A DNA stretch of 64,000 nucleotides. It comes from a virus (lineage: Duplodnaviria; Caudoviricetes). Made by a program: the position numbers and the translations under genes. Under the pieces are notes generated by a model, which made no database searches, was not told the origin of the DNA, and was given only the letters and a program-made list of their open reading frames with translations. The DNA is taken from the IMG/VR virus record IMGVR_UViG_3300020050_005398, positions 1 through 64,000 of that record, one strand, 5' to 3'. The first letter of the stretch is position 1. The number at the start of each line of letters is the position of its first letter. This document shows positions 56,938-64,000 of this stretch, in pieces.

Positions 56938-57057
56938 AAGAAGATATTAAGCAGGTCAAGGATTCAATTGATGTAGAACTTGTTGTTGAACTGTAAGTTA
57001 ACACTACAGTTATTACCATTTACACAACTAGTTTTCGTTTACTTCGCAAACTCAACT

Positions 57058-57093
57058 ACCCGGTAATCGAAAGGTTAACCGGGTTTTATTTTG
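57058..57093 (+). terminator. Terminator with GAAA-capped hairpin
   Basis: ACCCGGT/ACCGGGT stem plus T-tract. Confidence 0.7.
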
Positions 57094-57356
57094 TAGTTTT
57101 ACCTATTAGTTTTAGAATTAATTAGATTTTATTTTTAATTAAAAACCCGTGGTTAGCTATTTGAATTAAATTTAAAAACCCCTACCTAACTAATTAATTC
57201 AACGTAAATTGCTAGAACAAAAAGTAATTTTTAAACAAAAAACCCTTGGCTAACTATTTGAATTTATCAGGGAGAGATAATGCAGGGTTGGTCATCGGTT
57301 GGAAAATGCTGGTGATAGGGAATTTGCAGAAAAGCGAGTATTTTTCGACGGAAAAG

Positions 57357-57626
57357 CCAGCGCAGCCCGCCAGGGGTGTGCGTCAAGAGGGAACCAGCGC
57401 AGCCCGCCAGGGGTGTGCGTCAAGAGGGAACCAGCGCAGCCCGCCAGGGGTGTGCGTCAAGAGGGAACCAGCGCAGCCCGCCAGGGGTGTGCGTCAAGAG
57501 GGAACCAGCGCAGCCCGCCAGGGGTGTGCGTCAAGAGGGAACCAGCGCAGCCCGCCAGGGGTGTGCGTCAAGAGGGAACCAGCGCAGCCCGCCAGGGGTG
57601 TGCGTCAAGAGGGAACCAGCGCAGCC
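57357..57626. repeat. Perfect tandem array: 7 x 37 bp plus an 11-bp partial copy
   Basis: Unit CCAGCGCAGCCCGCCAGGGGTGTGCGTCAAGAGGGAA starting at 57357, 57394, 57431, 57468, 57505, 57542, 57579. Confidence 0.97.
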
Positions 57627-57794
57627 TGTATATATAGACGCATGCGTGAATAACATAAAAATAGAACCATAGTAAATCAGTCGGTTATTCATTTATTTTT
57701 GATGGCGGGTCGGTTTTGCTGGTTTTTATGGTTACAATCAGCACACCAGTAGAAAACGCGCACAGTGCAGCGTTAGGTGTAAGGGGTTTATAGC

Positions 57795-58016
57795 ATGCTG
57801 AAATTTCACAGTGGGTCAGGGGCCGCTTCCAATGTGCCAGCGGGTACACTGATAACCTATCTGGTGGCTGATACTAATGGTGGAAATATGGAATGGTATC
57901 ATGGCGACACTGCTAGTTACAATGCTCTTGACTGGTATGGCGGAGACTGCCAAATTGTGCAAAGCTGCTTGACTGCTGATTATGTTGCTTTTTGTGAAAG
58001 TTTAGACCTTGAATAA
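57795..58016 (+). CDS. Early-region hypothetical protein
   Basis: AAGGGG RBS. Confidence 0.45.
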   Translation: MLKFHSGSGAASNVPAGTLITYLVADTNGGNMEWYHGDTASYNALDWYGGDCQIVQSCLTADYVAFCESLDLE

Positions 58017-58186
58017 ATACATCAAACACCTGTTAGAATGCCTGATAATCACGGGCATGCTTATGGCTCCGTTCATAATTTGGATTTTCAGATAATCTAA
58101 ACTCTCACGTTAAACCCTTATAATTTTGAGGGTTTATCGGGCAAGTTTACGCCCATCTTTTCAACCTGTTTCATACTGGATCAATC

Positions 58187-58387
58187 ATGTCAAAATCTAC
58201 CGTTATCACCGCCAGCATTACCCGCGCAACTACTGGCAAGCAATCTGCCAAAACCCGCAAATTTAACGCGCTGAAAGCCCGCGCAATTAGCGTGAGGGGT
58301 AACAAAAAGAAGTTTCAGGATTTGACTACAATGTACGGCTGCACAGAGCGGATGGCAGTTAAACTGCTGACGGTCAACAAACTGTAA
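58187..58387 (+). CDS. Small basic early protein
   Basis: K/R-rich 66 aa. Confidence 0.55.
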   Translation: MSKSTVITASITRATTGKQSAKTRKFNALKARAISVRGNKKKFQDLTTMYGCTERMAVKLLTVNKL

Positions 58388-58397
58388 GTAGTACAAT

Positions 58398-58565
58398 ATG
58401 AACGACCATAATGTCCGGCGCGGTGACATCAGCGTTAACCGTAACTATGCTGGTGATTATGTATTGTCTACAGTTTACTGTGGCTACTATCGCCAGCGTA
58501 CATTCCCCGGTTATACTTTGAAAAATGCACGCTCTGAATTTATCGTGCATTTGCGCAGATTGTAA
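58398..58565 (+). CDS. Small early protein (not in ORF track)
   Basis: MNDHNVRRGDISVNRNYAGDYVLSTVYCGYYRQRTFPGYTLKNARSEF; fills the gap. Confidence 0.5.
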   Translation: MNDHNVRRGDISVNRNYAGDYVLSTVYCGYYRQRTFPGYTLKNARSEFIVHLRRL

Positions 58566-58646
58566 GTAAGCATTCAAACCCCGGTCGATTATCAATCGCC
58601 GGAAATCCCGCTATCATCGGCGGGTAAACCAAAAGAGAATTCGATC

Positions 58647-58925
58647 ATGGCACAATTGACCTACACAGATCACGATGGTGAAGCCCGCACAATTGAAGGG
58701 TTAACGCTCACAATTGACAAACACGGGTGTTATTTTATCTGGTGTGACGTACTGGAACATAATTTAACATACAAAACAAAAGGGCTTGAAAATGCGCTTT
58801 TATCTGCAATTGAGTCTCTGCTATTTACAATCCAGTTAAAAGAGGAACGGATTAACAAACTGCAGAAAATCAATGATTTAGCTTTTGAGTTTGCAGCGGC
58901 AGTAAACCCAGAAAAAGACAATTAA
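58647..58925 (+). CDS. Early-region hypothetical protein
   Basis: 92 aa, plus strand. Confidence 0.55.
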   Translation: MAQLTYTDHDGEARTIEGLTLTIDKHGCYFIWCDVLEHNLTYKTKGLENALLSAIESLLFTIQLKEERINKLQKINDLAFEFAAAVNPEKDN

Positions 58926-58944
58926 TTTAACCGGATCAAATACC

Positions 58945-59166
58945 ATGAAAACCCCCATCATCCGCTTGACCATCGGTCAAAATGTATCATTGTCTGGTAC
59001 CGCCATTGATACCGATGGCGATTATGTGCAGGTTAACCAGCGTTTCCAATCCGAAGTTACAGCACGCGAATTCATCGGTGAATTGCGCGATGAACAGGGA
59101 TATGAATTCCAGCTTGTGACAATGCGCGATTGTGCGGATTATAAGCGCAACATGGTCACTGTTTAA
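58945..59166 (+). CDS. Early-region hypothetical protein
   Basis: IGQ.V.L.G...DTDG. Confidence 0.55.
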   Translation: MKTPIIRLTIGQNVSLSGTAIDTDGDYVQVNQRFQSEVTAREFIGELRDEQGYEFQLVTMRDCADYKRNMVTV

Positions 59167-59322
59167 CATGGGATTTATTATGTATGAAACTACAAAATTT
59201 ACACCCACTACTGTAGATCATGTGCAAATTATTGCAGCATGGTTAACCGATAAAATGCACATACTGGATATGTGCATCGATTTTGTCCAAGTTATTATTA
59301 ATTGTGCTTTTTGAGGTTTAAT

Positions 59323-59589
59323 ATGTACTATGTTGAAATGACCGATACATTCGCGGGTGAATTAAATTATTCATGGGTGAAAAGGTTTGTTGTCAAGGCT
59401 GAAACCTTGAAATCTTGCATGCGTAAAATCAGCATGGAAACCGGATACAATGCACGTATGCAATGGCGCATAGGCGATGAGGATGCCATGTATAAGGTAA
59501 CGGGTGCATGCATCGGGTACAGTGTAGAATGGTTGAATGAAGATGATATTGCAGAGTACACCAAACACTATACAATCAAGCATTTGTAA
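59323..59589 (+). CDS. Early-region hypothetical protein
   Basis: GAGG RBS; YVEMTDTF.GE.NYSWV.RF. Confidence 0.6.
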   Translation: MYYVEMTDTFAGELNYSWVKRFVVKAETLKSCMRKISMETGYNARMQWRIGDEDAMYKVTGACIGYSVEWLNEDDIAEYTKHYTIKHL

Positions 59590-59710
59590 GTGATAACTAT
59601 CAGAGCATTGTTTAAATATAATGCTTTGCTGGATTATCTCTTAATTCTAGGGTAGTCATTTCATTTTCAATTAAGCAAGAGAATCTAATGATTCTCGTAA
59701 AGGTTAAACC

Positions 59711-60157
59711 ATGCAAAAACTTTCATTTTCACAAGTCAAGCAAGTCATTGAATTCTGCCAAGGGTTGCATTCTGAGCCTAATTGGCGTGGAGTAGTGGAG
59801 AATATTGTCTCTGGCTACGATGATTTTGAGGTTGACAATGTAAGGTTCATTTCAACGGATGAAATTGATCAAATCCAATGCGATGAAATGGAAAGCGACA
59901 CATACATTTTGGGCTGTTTCAATGCGTGGGCTTTGTCTGACGCTACTGGAATTGATCAGGACGTATTTGAAGCTATGCAAAAAGCAGGCGCATATGATGC
60001 CATCGGGAAACTGGTTATTTCATTGGATAAGCTGTCCGACTTGCAACAACAATACGTTAGTGCAGATGGATATGGTCATCACTTCAATTTCTACGATGGC
60101 GGGAAAGAAGAACTGAGGGTTAATGGTATGGTGTACCATGTATTTGATCAGCATTGA
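59711..60157 (+). CDS. Acidic early-region protein
   Basis: RFI....ID, Y.LG.FNA, SADGYGHHF..YDG. Confidence 0.6.
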   Translation: MQKLSFSQVKQVIEFCQGLHSEPNWRGVVENIVSGYDDFEVDNVRFISTDEIDQIQCDEMESDTYILGCFNAWALSDATGIDQDVFEAMQKAGAYDAIGKLVISLDKLSDLQQQYVSADGYGHHFNFYDGGKEELRVNGMVYHVFDQH

Positions 60158-60227
60158 TCAGCGGATTTACTTCTAAGTCACTTCAAGGGTTACACAACCA
60201 TGCTTAACAAAATTAAGGGTTAATTTT

Positions 60228-60809
60228 ATGCCTACACAAAAAGTAATCACAGTTTATTCATTCTCCGAATTGTCAGAAAAAGCAAAAGAAAAAGCACGCG
60301 ATAAATTCCGCGAACACTTTGATTTTGAATGGTACGCTGAATCAGTTATTGAGGATGCTAAGACTATTGCGGAATTATTCGGCCTTGACATTGACAAGAT
60401 TTACTATTCAGGCTTTTATCACCAAGGTTCAGGCGCATCGTTTGATGGTATTTATCAATATAAACCCGGTGCACTGAAAGCAGTCAAGGAATACGCTCCC
60501 CTTGACACTGAATTGCATGCTATCGTGAAAGCCTTGCAAGCTATTCAACGAAAAGCATTCTATAAACTCCAGGTAGAATGCACATCATCAAACTACTACG
60601 GGCAACGGTTCAATGTAGAACATTCAGAATTGCGTTATTTGGATGTTAGTGCATATGAGGATGGTATTGCGCAGCCATTGCGTGACTTTGCAAGCTGGAT
60701 TTATTCTAGGCTTGAGGCTGAATATGAATATCTAACAAGCGACGAGCCAATATCTGAATTCTATGCAAATAATGAATACGAATTCACAGAATCAGGGGCT
60801 TACGCGTGA
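60228..60809 (+). CDS. Early-region protein of a common phage family (function unknown)
   Basis: VY.F.ELSE.AKEKAR, YSGF..QG.GASF, L..EY.Y..SDE, YEFTE.G. Confidence 0.6.
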   Translation: MPTQKVITVYSFSELSEKAKEKARDKFREHFDFEWYAESVIEDAKTIAELFGLDIDKIYYSGFYHQGSGASFDGIYQYKPGALKAVKEYAPLDTELHAIVKALQAIQRKAFYKLQVECTSSNYYGQRFNVEHSELRYLDVSAYEDGIAQPLRDFASWIYSRLEAEYEYLTSDEPISEFYANNEYEFTESGAYA

Positions 60810-61017
60810 TTGAACAACCAGATCAAACCCCATCCCATCCACCGCACATTATCCTCGGTGCAAAACTGGTTTACTTGCTGGTTATCATCGTTTGGCTAAT
60901 CGCGCTATATATGCCGGTTGCATTGTGTATTAATGTCGTATTTAAATCTTTTCATAGATAAACTATCTATTTTCATTTCGTTAAATCAGGAAATATATCC
61001 TTTTTACATCCAAGAGA

Positions 61018-61572
61018 ATGTCCATTATGTCAAAACCTAATAACATCAAAATCAACCGTTCTTTTCGCATTATCCGCGAATTCTCAAAATCTACCATTTT
61101 GAATGGTTACTTTGGCGGGTCTAACTTGCTCAGTGATCACTTGAATGATTATTCGCGAGATGGTATCAATACATTCGTTGGAGAATGGTTAGACAATAAC
61201 CACAATAAAAAATGGAATGATACAGACTTACGGGCGGCTGAATTGATAGATAACCCTGATTATCTTATTCAGCGTGCAAGTAATGAATTCTGCAATGCTT
61301 TTAGTTATCTTTGGGATAACGGTAATGATTGTGAGAATGAATTCAAGAATGCTATTTACCTGTTGGATCAATGTTCAGATAATTATTTTGTATTCGCTGA
61401 ACAATGGTCTAATGCTTGTTGCTCTATCTATATTGTCCAGGAAATGAACATTAGTGCCGCGCATGATGTATTGTCGGAATACTACATGGATAAATTCTCC
61501 GATGATGACGGCGAGAATGAAGGTTCATTAATGGATAACGTGCAACACATCGGCTCTATTGAAATTGAATGA
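61018..61572 (+). CDS. Acidic early-region hypothetical protein
   Basis: 184 aa, plus strand. Confidence 0.5.
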   Translation: MSIMSKPNNIKINRSFRIIREFSKSTILNGYFGGSNLLSDHLNDYSRDGINTFVGEWLDNNHNKKWNDTDLRAAELIDNPDYLIQRASNEFCNAFSYLWDNGNDCENEFKNAIYLLDQCSDNYFVFAEQWSNACCSIYIVQEMNISAAHDVLSEYYMDKFSDDDGENEGSLMDNVQHIGSIEIE

Positions 61573-61587
61573 AGATGGGGTAATACT

Positions 61588-61881
61588 ATGTCAAATAAAA
61601 TCAATAATACAATTATACTTAATGGTAAAAGGTATGTTTGCAAAATCTACAACAAACCAGAATACAATGATAAATACACTATTGTATTCAAGGGGTATCG
61701 TCCACGTAATCGGGAGTTAATTCACCCTTATATCGGATGCTCTGAATTTGGCAATTATTATCATGGGGAGTTAACCGGATACAATACAAGCGAATTCAAG
61801 CACCTAGGTAAACGGGTATCATTTGATAATTCACCCGAAGCCGTGCAACAGGTTATTATCCGTGAATTGACTACTAAATAA
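61588..61881 (+). CDS. Early-region hypothetical protein
   Basis: DKYT.VF...HLGKR..F...P..VQ. Confidence 0.55.
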   Translation: MSNKINNTIILNGKRYVCKIYNKPEYNDKYTIVFKGYRPRNRELIHPYIGCSEFGNYYHGELTGYNTSEFKHLGKRVSFDNSPEAVQQVIIRELTTK

Positions 61882-61890
61882 GGTTTACCC

Positions 61891-62316
61891 ATGAACAACA
61901 ACCAAACAGAAATAATCCGCGCAATTGCGGCAGGCATCATTCAATGCGCATTATTCGCTGATAGACCTGAAGGTTCAAACCCGAGAGTAACACGGCAAGC
62001 TAAACAGGCGGCTGAATCTATGGCGAGTGAGTTTGTCGGGATTATCGGGGATGACCTGTTGAATCAAGCTGCGGATGCGTATAGGGGCGAGTATGGGGGT
62101 TCATACCATGACACTGCGCTGTGGTCAATCGGGCCAATCGGGCATGACGTATGGTTTACTGCACATGGTCATGGTGTCGGGTTTTGGGATAGAAAAGAAT
62201 TGAAGTTCGATTGTGACGGGGATACCATCAATTTAGCAGACAGGTTAACCGAAGCATGCGCGAAGTTACGGCAGGTGGAACCCACGTTCTACAGGGGTTG
62301 GATGTATCTGGAGTAA
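61891..62316 (+). CDS. Early-region hypothetical protein
   Basis: GHD.W.T..GHG.GFWDR. Confidence 0.6.
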   Translation: MNNNQTEIIRAIAAGIIQCALFADRPEGSNPRVTRQAKQAAESMASEFVGIIGDDLLNQAADAYRGEYGGSYHDTALWSIGPIGHDVWFTAHGHGVGFWDRKELKFDCDGDTINLADRLTEACAKLRQVEPTFYRGWMYLE

Positions 62317-62444
62317 GACTAGGGGTTTGTACCTAGAATATGTCTTCAAGTATTTTTAGGCTGAGTGGAAACACCCGGTCTTTTTGCGCTTATAATATAA
62401 GTACACCCTAGGCATAGTGCATGGGGTTAACCTAGGATCACATC

Positions 62445-62684
62445 ATGGCACAATTCACAATCTCTCATATTACAGCACTGGCAACACAACCCGCTATCAT
62501 CAATCTGGCTCAAATCATGGTTAATCAAGGGCTGGACTATAGCCCAACATGGGAACAAGCCTTCCCTGACTTTGCTGCGGCTGGCTATCATATGTATGAT
62601 ACGGGAGACAATGGTATCTGTCTCGTGCATGACAATGGTAGTGCCTGTATGAATGATGCGCGTATTGTGGCAAGGGTTGTTTAA
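62445..62684 (+). CDS. Early-region hypothetical protein
   Basis: 79 aa, last before the terminator. Confidence 0.5.
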   Translation: MAQFTISHITALATQPAIINLAQIMVNQGLDYSPTWEQAFPDFAAAGYHMYDTGDNGICLVHDNGSACMNDARIVARVV

Positions 62685-62729
62685 AATAAACAGGGCAGAC
62701 TAAACCTCACAGTCATACACAAGTAAGAC

Positions 62730-62753
62730 AAGCCCCTTATCTGGGGCTTTTTC
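62730..62753 (+). terminator. Rho-independent terminator ending the early block
   Basis: AAGCCCC/GGGGCTT + TTT. Confidence 0.75.
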
Positions 62754-63389
62754 TATTGGGTGAACGGATGTTATATCGGGGATTGAATGCACATATTAAG
62801 TCATAAATTGATAGCGGGTTATCATAGGTTTAACGGTGGATTTTATGCTGAGAATAAATATGCGAATTGTCACTCTAGGATTGATATAACGACAATCTTA
62901 AACCAGGACTATGCTGGAAATATTCTCACGATGGTACAGTACAATACAACAGCCATAACCCCAGCATAATGCACATTGAAGGCACGTTAGAACGCGCGGT
63001 CTAATACACGGTTGATCTGGTGACACCTAACCTTACCCGCTCAAACTGCTGATAAATTCAGTATATGTAACGGTAAACATCCTTTATGGGTTGTAAATCG
63101 TACTACTTAGTAGCGTTTTTATCAGTAGTAAATCTAATGGTGATATTTCAGGATTTCAACGATTATTGAAACGACCGGGGATAGGGTTGAACAAGCACCT
63201 GTTCCATACTGCTGATATTTACACCCGTTACCAATATCCGTTATTAGCAATAAATAACAACAGAATTAACAAAAGAAAATCATTGTTAAATTACCTAATG
63301 TTGCGTATAAACAACGGTTGTAACTGCTATCCGAAACGTAGCGTTATCGGGCTATAATTATTAGAGTAAAATGCACGTTATTAGCGCAA

Positions 63390-63622
63390 GTAAATCTCTG
63401 ATTTACGTTATGCACGTAAATATGCACGTATATCTACACACAAAACATTGGTGTAAAGCCCAAGAGTAGTTGCACCAAGGATATTTATCTAAGGATATTT
63501 AAACTTGAAGGAGTAGAAACCAAGTCTATAATTTTTAAAATTAATAAATACTAAGAAAACTACCTAGTGTACTACTGTTGGTTACAACCAAGTGCGCGTA
63601 TGCTAGTAAATCTTTGATTTAC
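63390..63622. repeat. Two copies of GTAAATC-N3-GATTTACGTTATGC (63390, 63606) plus three ATGCACGT
   Basis: Read directly from the sequence. Confidence 0.75.
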
Positions 63623-64000
63623 GTTATGCTTACGCAAACGCTTACCAACATATATCCAGCGTTGAACAGAAGTTGTACTGTCCTTCGGACGTAGTAATTT
63701 CTGTAGTATTGCTGTGTGATCTGTTGAGTATTCAACGTGCTACCGACAGAATATCTCAAGTTGACACCTAAAGAGGGAGTTCTTTTAAGATAATAAATTA
63801 ATAAAGTAATCACTTAGGCTGAAACTAGGTAAGGATTTACTTAAAGGATTACTAATTTATAAAGTTAGACCTGATTGTAGTCAGTCTTGTCTTGGTTAAC
63901 TAACAAGTTAATTATTCTTCTTTTAGTTATCTAACAAAGTATTAGTTTGTTGTATAGATACTTGTACTTAGCCAGCGACAAAAACCGCAGGTGTTAGCTG

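Noticed and set aside
57357-57626. CRISPR array (37-bp repeats)
   Set aside because: Units abut directly with no spacers, and no cas genes are present.
57246-57672. Three overlapping ORFs running through the tandem array
   Set aside because: They are open only because the GC-rich 37-mer lacks stops; all three frames give the same permuted peptide and have no good RBS.
62978-63045. Sixth copy of the dispersed element (GGTGACACCTAACC)
   Set aside because: Lacks the GTAGCCT and AGAAATAA blocks; the resemblance is too weak.
62787-63813. Short ORFs 62787-62969, 63166-63357 and 63619-63813
   Set aside because: No RBS or motifs; they lie after the terminator in repeat- and AT-rich DNA.
1-64000. 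tRNA genes, integrase/repressor, stop-codon reassignment
   Set aside because: No cloverleaf with T-loop/D-loop consensus was seen by eye; no recombinase or CI-like ORF; known genes are full length under the standard bacterial code.

Overview
A 64-kb stretch of a tailed dsDNA phage genome with siphovirus-type morphogenesis genes. It is probably lytic (no integrase or repressor seen here), and a Gram-negative, possibly betaproteobacterial, host is inferred only. Four blocks are visible. (1) 1-21234 (+): portal 3' part, a head-accessory/LamG-like cassette, a ~1-kb ORF-free region, head, neck and tail genes, tape measure, fibre and lysis genes (GH19 endolysin). (2) 21426-47221 (-): nucleotide metabolism and replication (class II RNR nrdJ, thyX, dut, endonuclease VII, 5'-3' exonuclease, GapR-like protein, SSB, family B DNA polymerase, T7 gp4-like primase-helicase) plus many small genes. 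(3) 47776-56937 (+): dCMP deaminase, RNA ligase, metallophosphoesterase, HU-like protein and others. (4) ~57250-62750 (+): a compositionally distinct, early-type region preceded by A-tracts and a perfect 7x37-bp tandem array. Selfish elements: a 177-nt ORF-less group I intron splitting the catalytic Cys codon of nrdJ, a 303-aa LAGLIDADG intein inside the phosphoesterase metal-binding motif, a free-standing HNH gene, and a zinc-ribbon/GIY-YIG gene with its own promoter, operator-like palindrome and pseudoknot-capable leader. Other unexplained structure: five dispersed copies of a fixed-spacing element (ATAC-N4-GTAGCCT-N4-AGAAATAA), a gene-swap scar at the LamG cassette, a probable +1 frameshift (UUU_CGU) in the tail chaperone, and shuffled paralogous N-terminal modules among accessory genes. 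All calls are by eye from motifs; no database searches were run.
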